A DNA stretch of 64,000 nucleotides from a virus (Duplodnaviria; Caudoviricetes). Shown piece by piece: positions 15,862-25,996 of the stretch. A program made the position numbers and the translations under genes. The stretch covers positions 1 through 64,000 of the IMG/VR virus record IMGVR_UViG_3300027419_000027. One strand, written 5' to 3'. The first letter of the stretch is position 1; each line of letters begins with the position of its first letter. The notes below the pieces were generated by a model. That model was not told where the DNA came from, did not search any database, and saw nothing but the letters and a program-made list of their open reading frames with translations.

Positions 15862-17793
15862 ATGACACTGTACTACCATCAGAAAACCCCTGACGGTCGC
15901 TGGCTCGTACCACGAAATCCAATCGAGAACGTGAAGTGGCGGATCCGATGCCGGGAGCGTGCGCTGGTTGACAAACGGTTCCAAGACGCCCTCTGGCAGG
16001 CCTGCATGGATGATTTGTTATTCTTCATGGCGTTCACCTGTTGGGGATACGATCCGCGAGCCAGAGTCAAGATTACCCCGTTCATTCCACACCCACACCA
16101 GGAATCGGTGTTCCTGGCGATGGACGATGCCATTGATCGGGCCGAGCGTGAAGAACGGTCGATCGATGTGATTCTCGACAAAGCCCGTGCGCAGGGCGGA
16201 ACATTCGGCTATCTGTGGATCGATCTTCGACGGTGGCTGCGTGACAGCATGTTCTCTGCGGGATACGTGACCAGAAACGAGGCTCTGGTCGACAGCAAGA
16301 CGGACTCGAACACCGTTTTGTGGAAGATTGCATGGGCCATACAGATGCTGCCGACATGGATGCAGCCAGACTATGAAAGGAACCTGGCGCAGCATACGTT
16401 CGTTAATAATGAGAACGGTGCGTTGTTGCGTGGATATGCTGCCGGGCAAGACGTAGCTGCCGGCGGACGGTCGACGGTCTTCACATGTGACGAGTTTGGA
16501 GCGAAGGAATTCATTGCCGGCGGAAAAGATGAGTCGGTGATGGAGAGTCTACACGATGTCACGAACTGCATTCGGATGGTGAGTGCAAGGTACGCCGACT
16601 CAGGAGTTTTTAACGAAGCGTGCGAGAACCCTGACACACGCAAGAACGGCGTCTATCTGGTCCTTGACTGGAAAGATCATCCAGCCCACGGGAAGAACTC
16701 CTACATCGTAGTTGACGGGAAGCCTGTCTCCAAAAAACCAGAGGAACAAGAGGCAGTCGACAAGTACCATGCCGAAAACCCTGATCTTCGTGCGAGACTG
16801 GAGAGAAAGGGGTTCAAGTTCGAGGGAGTGGTTCGCAGTCCGTGGTACGACATGCGGTGCCTGCGTCCCACTGCCACGCCCAGGCTGATCGCGTCACAAC
16901 TTGATCGGAATCCGAAAGGCGCCGTGGGCAAGGTCTTTCTTGTCGATCTTCTGGATCGCATGAAACAGAAGCACTGCAAGCCGCCTGTCTGGCAGGGCCA
17001 GCCGGTATTCGACTCGGAAACGCTGAAGCTGACAGGGCTGATTCCGCGAGACGATGGCCCGCTGAAGCTCTGGTTCAAGCCGGGCATCGACGACTCACCA
17101 CCTCTCGGCCCGTTCACTGCCGGCTGTGACATCGCCTCCGGTGGCGTTTCGCAGTACGCGACGAATTCCACCATGTCGGCGCTGGACGATCGGACAGGAG
17201 AACAGGTGCTGGAATACGCGATCAAGGGGCTTGAGCCGCGCCCGTTCGCCCGTCGCGTGGTCGGACTGTGCATGTGGCTGAGAAATGCCCTGTTAGGGTG
17301 GGAGGATTCTGGCGTATCTGGAGGGTTTGCAAAGGAGATAATGGAAGTCATCTACTATGGCAACGTGTTCTTCCGCGACGTAACGCAACTTGGTTCCCAG
17401 AAGAAAAGCCGCAAGCCTGGCTGGCCGTGCCGGGATGCAGACAAGGCGGACATGTTCGAGCAACTGGCCCTGGCAATGGAGATGGGAAAGTACATTCCGC
17501 GGTCGGAAGACATGATCATCGAGTGCGGAGAATACGAGTGGGAAGGCGACAAGATTATCCACGCGCCCACAAAGAATAAGGGAGCAACGGACAAAAACCA
17601 CGCCGATCGGGCGGTCGCTTCTGGTGGAAGCTGGCTCGTCTACATGACGGACAATGCCGGGGATCGAGTCGATACTGGCGAAGAGGATGGGTCAATTCCC
17701 GAGTACGGGAGCTTCAAGTGGCGTGAGGATCAGGAACGTCGACAAGCCAAAATCGGCAGTCCCAGGTTTGGAATTCGGGACGTGATTTGGTGA
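15862..17793 (+). CDS. terL: terminase large subunit
   Basis: Walker A-like DKARAQGGT, Walker B VFTCDE, RNase H-like nuclease AGCDIASG and C-terminal D(H)ADR; upstream of the portal. Confidence 0.9.
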   Translation: MTLYYHQKTPDGRWLVPRNPIENVKWRIRCRERALVDKRFQDALWQACMDDLLFFMAFTCWGYDPRARVKITPFIPHPHQESVFLAMDDAIDRAEREERSIDVILDKARAQGGTFGYLWIDLRRWLRDSMFSAGYVTRNEALVDSKTDSNTVLWKIAWAIQMLPTWMQPDYERNLAQHTFVNNENGALLRGYAAGQDVAAGGRSTVFTCDEFGAKEFIAGGKDESVMESLHDVTNCIRMVSARYADSGVFNEACENPDTRKNGVYLVLDWKDHPAHGKNSYIVVDGKPVSKKPEEQEAVDKYHAENPDLRARLERKGFKFEGVVRSPWYDMRCLRPTATPRLIASQLDRNPKGAVGKVFLVDLLDRMKQKHCKPPVWQGQPVFDSETLKLTGLIPRDDGPLKLWFKPGIDDSPPLGPFTAGCDIASGGVSQYATNSTMSALDDRTGEQVLEYAIKGLEPRPFARRVVGLCMWLRNALLGWEDSGVSGGFAKEIMEVIYYGNVFFRDVTQLGSQKKSRKPGWPCRDADKADMFEQLALAMEMGKYIPRSEDMIIECGEYEWEGDKIIHAPTKNKGATDKNHADRAVASGGSWLVYMTDNAGDRVDTGEEDGSIPEYGSFKWREDQERRQAKIGSPRFGIRDVIW

Positions 17794-17808
17794 CAACGAA
17801 GTATTGTG

Positions 17809-17836
17809 TTGTGCAATTCAGAATACGTGATAGAAT
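17809..17836 (+). promoter_or_regulatory. promoter with extended -10
   Basis: TTGTGC-16 nt-TAGAAT with TG; TACGTGATA(G/T)AAT is repeated at 18434. Confidence 0.5.
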
Positions 17837-17906
17837 AAGCGATGGATATGCAAGGAGTCCTTGTGGCCTTATGCAGCTTCAGAGCTAGAACCTGATGGAG
17901 ATTCAC

Positions 17907-18212
17907 ATGACGGAAACGATCGGTCAGAAGTGGGACAAGGCGTCCAAGGCAACAAGAGGCAAGATCAATTCCAACCTGACCCCAGACGATAGCCCCAAGG
18001 CGACCCAAGCGGTTCTGAATCTGGCGCAGGCGAAGGCGTTGGATATGGCCTTGCAGACGACGGAATTGGACGAGGAGCTTTCGGTGGTGTTGGACCGGGT
18101 TCGGCCCAACCTGTCCCCGGTGGACATGATGAAGGCCACCCAAGCGGTTCTGAATCTGATGCACGCGAGGATTCAGCAAGAGGGCGCGAAGGAGTTCGCC
18201 AAAAAGACATAA
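17907..18212 (+). CDS. small protein with an internal tandem duplication (KATQAVLNL x2)
   Basis: GGAG RBS; near-identical 27-nt repeat at 17997 and 18132. Confidence 0.75.
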   Translation: MTETIGQKWDKASKATRGKINSNLTPDDSPKATQAVLNLAQAKALDMALQTTELDEELSVVLDRVRPNLSPVDMMKATQAVLNLMHARIQQEGAKEFAKKT

Positions 18213-18238
18213 ACTAACTGATTCGGAGATAGAGCCCG

Positions 18239-18403
18239 ATGGAAATTACATGCCAAAACGCTATTGTTGTCATGCTGGAACGTGCCGTTAGGCCGGAGAA
18301 TACAGCCGACCAAGCGTTGATGTACACTCAGGCAGCGTCAAACATTGCCAATGTGTACGCGTGCTGGTCAGCGAACACTGCGACGGTGCCAAAAACCAAG
18401 TGA
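18239..18403 (+). CDS. small protein, single copy of the TQA..N module
   Basis: GGAG RBS; ERAVRPENTADQALMYTQAASNIAN. Confidence 0.55.
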   Translation: MEITCQNAIVVMLERAVRPENTADQALMYTQAASNIANVYACWSANTATVPKTK

Positions 18404-18433
18404 TTCCAGCGGATTCAGTGATTGAAGAAGCCG

Positions 18434-18446
18434 TACGTGATATAAT
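18434..18446 (+). promoter_or_regulatory. extended -10 promoter upstream of the portal leader
   Basis: TGnTATAAT. Confidence 0.55.
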
Positions 18447-18578
18447 CAAACTGCTGTACACGATTCGGAGATAGAACCCGATGCACGACAAAACGAGGGG
18501 GCCGGCTTCTTAGCCAGCCGCTGAAAGGCATAGACGGAGTAGCTACCGTCGAGATGCCCTATATCATCGCAGCCTGTA

Positions 18579-18614
18579 GGGGGCGCGGCGAAGAGCCACG
18601 CCCCCTTCTTTTTT
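18579..18614 (+). terminator. intrinsic terminator-like hairpin just before the portal gene
   Basis: GGGGGCG...CGCCCCC followed by TTCTTTTTT. Confidence 0.6.
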
Positions 18615-18623
18615 GGCATTGCG

Positions 18624-20414
18624 ATGTTCGATCTTTCCGATCCGGAAAAGCGGGCGAAACTCTTCAAGGCCATCAAATCGTCTCGTGACGCTCTCGAGCC
18701 TCATCGTCGCGTTCGGAAGCTGATGGTCGAGCACTATTGCGGATCGTGGTACAACACCACGACGCCGCAAGACGACGGGAAGATTCTGGTCAATCTGATG
18801 AACCAGACTGCCCGTATCTTCACGGTCGCTCTGGCCTCGAACAATCCGCAAGTCCTCGTCTCTACCCCGCAAATGGACAACCTGCCATTTGCACGCCGGT
18901 TCGAGGTAGGACTGAACAAGCTGATCTCCGACATGGCGCTGGACCAGACGTTCCGCGCCATTCTTCTGGATGCCTTTTTCTGCATTGGGTGCGGCGTCGT
19001 GATGATGCGCGACACCGATACCCGATTCCACGGGCTGCTGGAATCCGAGGAGGATGTGTGGCTGGATCCAGGCGAACCGTGGCTGAACCGTGTTTCGTTG
19101 GACGACCTGATTGTGGACATGCCTTCCAAGGAACGCAACAAGATGCGGTTCTGCGGGCATCGCTATCGGGCAGACTACGAAAAGGTGATGGCCGAGCCTG
19201 GCTATTCCAAGGAGTTCAAGGACAAGCTCACACCGACCAGTCGGGAATCGTTTGATAGCACGGGCTCCACGCGAGACATCGGAACGGATCCGGCCGAAGA
19301 CGACGACCTGAAGGAGATGGTCTGGCTGCAAGACGTATGGATCGCAGAGAACAAGTCGATTGCCACTATGGCGTGCGACCAGGATGACTTGGAGCCGGCG
19401 ATTGAACGCGAGTGGATAGGCTCTCAGGCTGGCCCCTACAAGTTCCTCTCGTTGGGCGATGTGCCAGATCGCATCATTCCAGCCGCCCCGGCAATCAACC
19501 TGTTCGGAATGCACCTTCAGCAGAACCGGCTTCACGTTCGTATGGAAGCGGATTCTGACTCGCACCGGATCGTGAACGTCTATCCCCCAGGCATGGAAGA
19601 CGACGCCGAAAATCTGCGCAAGGCTGTGCGGAACGGATGGTATCGAGGCAAGAGCCCTGATTCGATCAAGCAATTCGAGACGGGTGGAGTCGATCAGCGG
19701 GACATGGCGCTGGCAACGTTCATTATGGACGAATACGACCGTTTCGCTGGAAACCTCCAGGCGATGGGAGGACTTGGGGCACAGGCAGCAACGGCAACCC
19801 AGGAACAGATGATCTACGGCGAACTGTCGCGGAATGTTGCAGACATGCGAATGTCCATGGTTTCTTTCGCCTCTGACTGCATCCTGGATCTCGGACACCT
19901 GATGTGGGAAGACCAGACGCTCGAGATTCAGGCGTCGATTCCTGTCGGCAACAACGGCAGGCAATTCGGATCGAATTGGACTCCAGACAACCGCGTCGGA
20001 GAATTCGATGACTACGAGTTTCGCGTCGAGCCGTACTCGATGGTCTTCAAGACTCCCGAGCAGAAGTTGCAGGAACTGTTCCAGGTCTTGCAACAGATCG
20101 CACCTCTCTGGCCGATGTTCCAGGCTTCCGGAGCTGCGCTCGATGCCGAGGCGATCGTAGACGAAATTGCCCGGCTCAAGAATAGGCCCGAGTTCAATCG
20201 GTTTATAACGTTCGCCAATCCCGCCGAGATGCTGGGCGGGGATCAGAACACGATCCGGCAATCGCCGGTGACTTCCCGAGAAACAGTGCGGCGCAATGTC
20301 GGAACGGGCGGAACGCCCCAAGCTAGATCAAATGTTCTGATCCAGTCATTGATGGGTGGTAAGCCACAAGTCAATGGCCAGCAACAGGCCATGATGGGGA
20401 GACGGCCAGCATGA
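18624..20414 (+). CDS. portal protein
   Basis: 596 aa, after terL and before scaffold/MCP; C-terminal Gln/Met-rich tail typical of podovirus-type portals. Confidence 0.8.
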   Translation: MFDLSDPEKRAKLFKAIKSSRDALEPHRRVRKLMVEHYCGSWYNTTTPQDDGKILVNLMNQTARIFTVALASNNPQVLVSTPQMDNLPFARRFEVGLNKLISDMALDQTFRAILLDAFFCIGCGVVMMRDTDTRFHGLLESEEDVWLDPGEPWLNRVSLDDLIVDMPSKERNKMRFCGHRYRADYEKVMAEPGYSKEFKDKLTPTSRESFDSTGSTRDIGTDPAEDDDLKEMVWLQDVWIAENKSIATMACDQDDLEPAIEREWIGSQAGPYKFLSLGDVPDRIIPAAPAINLFGMHLQQNRLHVRMEADSDSHRIVNVYPPGMEDDAENLRKAVRNGWYRGKSPDSIKQFETGGVDQRDMALATFIMDEYDRFAGNLQAMGGLGAQAATATQEQMIYGELSRNVADMRMSMVSFASDCILDLGHLMWEDQTLEIQASIPVGNNGRQFGSNWTPDNRVGEFDDYEFRVEPYSMVFKTPEQKLQELFQVLQQIAPLWPMFQASGAALDAEAIVDEIARLKNRPEFNRFITFANPAEMLGGDQNTIRQSPVTSRETVRRNVGTGGTPQARSNVLIQSLMGGKPQVNGQQQAMMGRRPA

Positions 20415-20436
20415 TGAAAAAAAATAGGAGGCAGGC

Positions 20437-20613
20437 ATGAGCGCTATCCGCAAAGCATACGTCCTGGCACGGCTGGCAGATGTAGATCGAACACTCGAAT
20501 GGCGTGAGGTTGAAGCTGAAAGCCTTGAACAGGCAATCAAGCTCGTCGAACAACAGAACGACGTTGAGGTTGTTCTGGAATCAAGTTGGATTCCAGGAGG
20601 CGTGGTGACTTGA
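20437..20613 (+). CDS. hypothetical protein (MSAIRKAYVL...)
   Basis: AGGAGG RBS. Confidence 0.6.
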   Translation: MSAIRKAYVLARLADVDRTLEWREVEAESLEQAIKLVEQQNDVEVVLESSWIPGGVVT

Positions 20614-20981
20614 AAAAACACAGACTAAAGCTGAATGGCAAGTGGGTGACGCCATCGGAATTCCATCGAAGTGGGCCGGTCGGAGGCGTTGGCATTCCGG
20701 CCATCCCCGCAACCTGTTCCTCTGCGAAGCCGCGGGTGTCAGAGTCAATGGGTGTGCTTCCACATCAAGTCCCCGTGGAGCGGGCGAAGCTTAGGGAGTT
20801 GCAACACAAAGGCGAGTTGACCGGCGTAAATATTCGCAACGATGGTGCAGTCGAGTACACCTGCAATGGTGAACAGGGTGCGATCGGCTGGCAAAGGTAT
20901 CGCGGAAACAAAGTCAACTTGGACGGAGGGTATTCAGACACATACACTCCAGATGATCGGTTTGGCGCGAAACAAGAGTGA
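20610..20981 (+). CDS. hypothetical head-region protein
   Basis: TTG start overlapping the upstream stop, after AGGAGG; overlaps the scaffold start. Confidence 0.6.
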   Translation: MKKHRLKLNGKWVTPSEFHRSGPVGGVGIPAIPATCSSAKPRVSESMGVLPHQVPVERAKLRELQHKGELTGVNIRNDGAVEYTCNGEQGAIGWQRYRGNKVNLDGGYSDTYTPDDRFGAKQE

Positions 20982-22012
20982 CAGGAGAACGATTCATGGC
21001 AACGGTAGAACTGAGCGAACTCAACAGCAAAGAAGAGATCGCTGCCTACGCCGATCAAGTGGTGAAGGAAGCGGAAGCGGATCGCGCTGGCGAACATGGG
21101 AAGAAGTCCGACGCACAGATCGTTTCCGAAACCGCCGGCAGACCCGCACAAGACAAAACACCTGTCGAGACAAATTCCGACAGCGACGATACCGCCCACG
21201 AGGGCGAGACTTCCGCTGAGGTCGAGGACCAAGGCGAAGATACCGGAACCGAGGAACTATCCTGGCTGGACGATTCCTTGAAAGCCGAGGCAACCGCGTT
21301 TGGCATCGGGGAATCGGATCTTGCCGAGTTCTCCAGCCGCGAGGAATTGGAACGGGCACTGAGGCTCTTCGACAAGAGCGCACTGGAAGCCGGCCGCAAG
21401 GCGTTGGCCGAAGGCGACAAAGGCCAGACTCGCAACGAGAAGGGCCAGTTTGCGAAGACGGATGAGCCCGAAATTACTGAACCGCCAGCAAAACGCGACG
21501 GTCAGTACGAGTTCAAGCTGAACACCGACGTGATATGGGACGAAGCGACTGCGAAAGACCTGACGACAGCAATATCAGGGCTTCGCGATCACTACGACTC
21601 TCGCTTGGCTGCGATCGAAGCACGGTTCGCTGAAGCGGACGCCGTTGCCAAGGAACGGCACTTCGACACTCTGGTGGATTCTCTCGGGCACTCCGACCTT
21701 TTCGGTAAGACCGACAAGGAGACTACCCAGGAGAAGCAGCGCCGCGAAGACCTGTTCGTGGAGGTAGAAACCTACCTGCGTGGGCGAGAGATTCTCGGTC
21801 GTCCAGTTGAACTCAACGAGGCTGTGATCGATCGCGTTGCGAGATCGCTATTCGCGGCCGAAATCAGCAAGAAAGAACTGAAACAACGAACACGGAAGAT
21901 TTCCAAGCAGAGCAACGGCCGGCAAGGCGGCGGGGCGACTCGACCGCAAGACCCGAGGGAAGACCCGAGGGACGAATTCGACCGACTCTACCGGGAACTC
22001 GACCGGAACTGA
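20978..22012 (+). CDS. capsid scaffolding protein
   Basis: acidic, helical, directly upstream of the MCP. Confidence 0.7.
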   Translation: MTGERFMATVELSELNSKEEIAAYADQVVKEAEADRAGEHGKKSDAQIVSETAGRPAQDKTPVETNSDSDDTAHEGETSAEVEDQGEDTGTEELSWLDDSLKAEATAFGIGESDLAEFSSREELERALRLFDKSALEAGRKALAEGDKGQTRNEKGQFAKTDEPEITEPPAKRDGQYEFKLNTDVIWDEATAKDLTTAISGLRDHYDSRLAAIEARFAEADAVAKERHFDTLVDSLGHSDLFGKTDKETTQEKQRREDLFVEVETYLRGREILGRPVELNEAVIDRVARSLFAAEISKKELKQRTRKISKQSNGRQGGGATRPQDPREDPRDEFDRLYRELDRN

Positions 22013-22028
22013 ATAAAGGAGCGGCCCC

Positions 22029-23147
22029 ATGGCGCTTGGAATTGAACAGATTGATGATTTCGTTGCTGGGATTCACCAGAAGTTTGCTGGCGAAGAACGG
22101 CTGGCTGCGCAGGACATCTCCCTGCCATTGCAAGAGTACAAGTACGCATCGCGTCTTTTCAGCGGAAACCTGAAAAAAGACACGATGAGTACGTCGCAGT
22201 GCAAGTGGAAGGTCAAGGTAAATACGAACGACAACTTCCAGGTTGTCGGTCTGTATCACCGGGATGCTTCGACTCGTGTGAACGTGTTGGACGAAGGCGA
22301 ATTGAAGTGGGGCCTGACGACCAACAACTACCACTACGACATCGACGAAGAAATCTTCCGCACCGGCGGCCGGCAGATTTACGACTACATCGAGTCGTTG
22401 GAAAACGACTTGCTCACGTCGTTCTACACCGGCATGGAAGACCTGATGTTCGGTCCTGGCCCGTCCAGCCCGACTCAGTCTCCTTTCCCGCCCGTTTCGC
22501 TGTTGTGGTGGATCACCGCGACCGACGACAGCACGACGGAGAACAACTCGGAAGAGGGCTTCGACGGGTACGAGCCTCTCGGCTGGGGATCCAATGGTGC
22601 GGGCGGGATTTCCTGCACGACTTATCCCCAGTGGCGAAACCGGACGTTCCCGTACGCCAACGTGGATCGTGCCGATTTCGTCGAGAAGACCATCAATTCG
22701 ATGGACCTCTGCCAGTTCATGCCTCCTGTTCAGCGTCCTGACATCGTTGACCAGAAGCGGCACGACTGGGAATTGCTGACCACCCATAGCGTCTTGGCCA
22801 AATCCCGCCAGTTGTTGCAGTTGGGCAACGACAACATCGGCGACGACATGGCGGCGCACAGCGGCACGGTCTACATCCGTGGCGTACCGCTGAACTGGGT
22901 TCCTGCCTGGACGAATTCTGCCAGCGTGAATGCTCGCACGGACGGGATCATTCTGGGCGTGAACTGGGCGACGTTCAAGGCGTACTACGCCGAGGGGCGC
23001 AGGATGCGGAAGCGGAAGGCGTTCCAGCATCCCGACATGTCGAATGTCCGTGTGCGTTGCATGGACGACTCTGTGCAGATCGTGTGCTTCAACCGTCGCG
23101 GGAACTTCCGCGGCTACAGCACTAGCACCGTGACGGAAACCGCCTGA
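22029..23147 (+). CDS. major capsid protein
   Basis: 372 aa after the scaffold; strong AAGGAG RBS; HK97-like layout. Confidence 0.8.
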   Translation: MALGIEQIDDFVAGIHQKFAGEERLAAQDISLPLQEYKYASRLFSGNLKKDTMSTSQCKWKVKVNTNDNFQVVGLYHRDASTRVNVLDEGELKWGLTTNNYHYDIDEEIFRTGGRQIYDYIESLENDLLTSFYTGMEDLMFGPGPSSPTQSPFPPVSLLWWITATDDSTTENNSEEGFDGYEPLGWGSNGAGGISCTTYPQWRNRTFPYANVDRADFVEKTINSMDLCQFMPPVQRPDIVDQKRHDWELLTTHSVLAKSRQLLQLGNDNIGDDMAAHSGTVYIRGVPLNWVPAWTNSASVNARTDGIILGVNWATFKAYYAEGRRMRKRKAFQHPDMSNVRVRCMDDSVQIVCFNRRGNFRGYSTSTVTETA

Positions 23148-23158
23148 CATCCCGAGTC

Positions 23159-23188
23159 GTAGTTGCCCGTAGTTGCCCGTAGTTGCCC
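23159..23188. repeat. 3 x 10-bp tandem repeat GTAGTTGCCC
   Basis: perfect units between the MCP and the next gene. Confidence 0.9.
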
Positions 23189-23225
23189 ATATTTACGAAA
23201 CGCACAATCTCAAAGGAGATAGCAA

Positions 23226-24119
23226 ATGCTTACCATGTGGAGTGAACTCGATGGCGATAGGCTGTTTTCGCCAAAACTCTGGAAGGGCATGGCCCCGCCT
23301 TTGGGGTCTGGCATCTTTCAGACGCAGTCCGGAAATCCAGCCGTTGGCGTGTTTGACGATTTCGTCGGATTCGGCGGCACGTTGAGCACAAACACTGGTT
23401 CGTACTACAGCGGGGCGAATCGGTACATCAGCTACCAAACGGCCAGCACGTTGCTGACCAACGTGGCCCTGACGCCGACGCCCGCGAGTGTCGCGCCGAC
23501 CAGCATCGGAGCGATCATTTTCCAGCCGACCTCTGGCGTTACTGACAACGACCAGATTTCGCTTCAATGGGGTGGCCACGAACTGACACCTTATGGGTGT
23601 TTCCCGTTCTCGGTCATTCCTGGCATGAGCAAGGATCTGGTCTTTGAGTGCCGATTCAAGGTCAGCGCCATCACGGACAGTCTTGGCGACCTGTTCATCG
23701 GCTTGGCGGGCGCCGCTGGCGTGGCCCCGGCGGCTTCGGCCGTCCCGATCACGCAAACGGCCGACACGATGGCGACGACTGTAAGCCATCTCGGTTTCCA
23801 CAAGCTCTCTGGGGACGGCGACAAGATCGACCTGTCCTACGAGCGAGCCAGTGGAACGGTTGCCACCAAGGCGGATGTCGGAACTCTCGTTGCCGACACC
23901 TACATCAAGGCCGGTTACCGCTACGACTCGCTCACGAAGACCTGCACCCCGTGGGTCGACGGGGAGGCTGTTACGGGTTCGCGAGTCAGCGCATCGACGA
24001 CTGGTGCGACACCGTGGCCGAACGACTTCATGGCGCCTGTGTTGGCTTCCATGCAAGTGGACGGCACCACGGGGTTGACGATGACGGTCGACTGGTGCGC
24101 CTGCGCTCAGTACATCTGA
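23226..24119 (+). CDS. minor capsid/decoration-type structural protein
   Basis: follows the MCP; beta-rich Thr/Gly composition. Confidence 0.6.
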   Translation: MLTMWSELDGDRLFSPKLWKGMAPPLGSGIFQTQSGNPAVGVFDDFVGFGGTLSTNTGSYYSGANRYISYQTASTLLTNVALTPTPASVAPTSIGAIIFQPTSGVTDNDQISLQWGGHELTPYGCFPFSVIPGMSKDLVFECRFKVSAITDSLGDLFIGLAGAAGVAPAASAVPITQTADTMATTVSHLGFHKLSGDGDKIDLSYERASGTVATKADVGTLVADTYIKAGYRYDSLTKTCTPWVDGEAVTGSRVSASTTGATPWPNDFMAPVLASMQVDGTTGLTMTVDWCACAQYI

Positions 24120-24132
24120 CCATTTCTGGATT

Positions 24133-24170
24133 GCTGGAGGCAGGCACCCCCTGCCTCCAGCGTCCTTTCT
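24133..24170 (+). terminator. 12-bp hairpin after the capsid genes (possible terminator or processing site)
   Basis: GCTGGAGGCAGG-caccc-CCTGCCTCCAGC followed by gtcctttct. Confidence 0.5.
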
Positions 24171-24183
24171 GGAGACTTGAGCA

Positions 24184-25146
24184 ATGGCTGATCCAGCCGC
24201 CCTGACGGTCAGTTACACAAGCCTACTCGAAAGAGTAGGCCGATTTCTATTCGGGCTAAGAACCGGCTATTCCACTGCGGAAACATCGGACATCAATGAC
24301 TGCATTCGCGACGGACTTCGTCGGACCTACGCTGCGAACGACTGGTCATTCTTCAAGCCGATCGAAGACGTTTCCACTACCGCACCCTACGCTACCGGAA
24401 CAATCGAAGTAGTCGATGGCGTGGTGACTCTGACGAGCGGGACGTTTCCAACCTGGGCAGCAGACGGACTGCTGAGTGCGGATAACAGTTACTACTCTGT
24501 CGCCAGCCGAGGTGATGACACGCATATTACCCTGGACGACACCAGCGTAGACATCGACGCTGGAACGACCTACGAACTTGGTCGGCCCGAGATTTCCATG
24601 CCAACAGCGTTCGAGGCGGTCGCTGGCGATAGCGAATTGACATACTATCCCGACCAAAACGAATTGTATCCGGCAGTCCAGCAGAGACACGATCAGCAAA
24701 TCCGCAAGTGGCAGATGAACGATCCGTATTTCGATCGGCCACGCTACTACTCGGTGCGGACTGTCGAATTCGATCCAACCGTTGGAAGCCGAAAGGTTCT
24801 GGCATTCTATCCGACGCCCGACGCAATTTACGTTCTTCGTTGCCCGATGATTCTGCGGCCAGTGTTCATCGACGCAACCAATTTGTATCCGGTCGGAGGC
24901 GAGACTCTTTCTGCGCTCATTCAGGAAGCGTGTCTAGCGGCAGCAGAGCACAATCTTGATGACGGCGACGGCATTCACGAGAAACAGTTCCGCGAACTAC
25001 TGCCGGCGGCAGTTATGGCAGACAGGGACCGCAGTTCTCCTACGACATTAGGCCCCGATGCTCCAGGAAGCGGGCAGCGAACTTCGGACTACTGGCTGCG
25101 AAGCGCGAGAATGGGGGCGGTTAGCCTCGATGGCACAGAGCTTTAG
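24184..25146 (+). CDS. head-tail adaptor/connector-like protein
   Basis: N-terminal INDCIRDGLRR, C-terminal FYPTPDAIY...LIQEACLAAAE pattern. Confidence 0.65.
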   Translation: MADPAALTVSYTSLLERVGRFLFGLRTGYSTAETSDINDCIRDGLRRTYAANDWSFFKPIEDVSTTAPYATGTIEVVDGVVTLTSGTFPTWAADGLLSADNSYYSVASRGDDTHITLDDTSVDIDAGTTYELGRPEISMPTAFEAVAGDSELTYYPDQNELYPAVQQRHDQQIRKWQMNDPYFDRPRYYSVRTVEFDPTVGSRKVLAFYPTPDAIYVLRCPMILRPVFIDATNLYPVGGETLSALIQEACLAAAEHNLDDGDGIHEKQFRELLPAAVMADRDRSSPTTLGPDAPGSGQRTSDYWLRSARMGAVSLDGTEL

Positions 25147-25163
25147 GTGTAAAGGAGATCGTA

Positions 25164-25499
25164 ATGGCTTGGGATAAACTAGACGCCTTCGGCCTGTTTT
25201 CGCTGACGGGCGCTACCGAAATAACGCTGGAACTGCTTCCGATGTATTCGTACAAGTTAACGCATACAGGGAAGGATTCGGCCGGAAATGACGATGCGAG
25301 TTCCGCGATTTCGGCGTGGCTGTCGACGACTAGCGCGACGATTACCGCCGACAACACCGTGGAAGACGACAAGATGTGGATTGCCGACGCCGGCAACGAA
25401 ACCATCGGTCCAGGCATCAGCAAGTTGTACGTCGTGTCGACGGCCGGGGCCGACGCTGCAATTCAGATCGTTCGGCAAAATTCGCACGACATCTGGTAA
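25164..25499 (+). CDS. small structural protein
   Basis: AAGGAG RBS; inside the structural operon. Confidence 0.6.
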   Translation: MAWDKLDAFGLFSLTGATEITLELLPMYSYKLTHTGKDSAGNDDASSAISAWLSTTSATITADNTVEDDKMWIADAGNETIGPGISKLYVVSTAGADAAIQIVRQNSHDIW

Positions 25500-25523
25500 C
25501 AATTTTTCGCGAGGTCCGATACT

Positions 25524-25934
25524 GTGGCTATTCACGCAATGCTGAACGATTTATCGCGGGCGTTTACCGAACCAGGGCCTGGCTACGTCAACGCCACGGC
25601 GACGGACGATGGATCCGGAACCGGGACACTCCGCGAGAATCTGCTGGTCCAGTTCGTCGTTCCCAACTGGGACGGCGACGCCAACCACATCTTGGTTCTG
25701 CCGAGTCCGCTGCCTGGCAAGATCGTTATCATCGCCGGGGCGGCGACAGGTGGAGAATTGCGAACCACTTCGCCGACGACGGTCGGCATCAACGGTGGAA
25801 CGGGAGCGGCCGCAGAGTCCGCCGTGGCGGCTAGCCAGATGGTGGTTGCCATCTGCGAATCCACAACCAGTTGGAAGGCGTTCACCATCGCGTCCGATGG
25901 GACGACGGCTGGGCTGGAAGCGGCGGCAACGTAA
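25524..25934 (+). CDS. small structural protein, paralog 1 (H..L.D..RAF...GPG)
   Basis: N-terminal motif shared with the next two genes. Confidence 0.65.
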   Translation: MAIHAMLNDLSRAFTEPGPGYVNATATDDGSGTGTLRENLLVQFVVPNWDGDANHILVLPSPLPGKIVIIAGAATGGELRTTSPTTVGINGGTGAAAESAVAASQMVVAICESTTSWKAFTIASDGTTAGLEAAAT

Positions 25935-25996
25935 TGTGGTATGTAACCCAACCGGGTCTTGGGACTTCCCCGAACATAACTGAGAAGGAGTAGACA

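Noticed and set aside
15763-15984. Minus-strand 73-aa ORF
   Set aside because: Overlaps the terL start on the opposite strand and has no clear RBS
18564-23150. Long minus-strand ORFs 18564..20321 and 21864..23150 (also 28699..29577, 42932..44008, 44306..45259)
   Set aside because: Antisense shadows of GC3-biased real genes; no motifs or RBS
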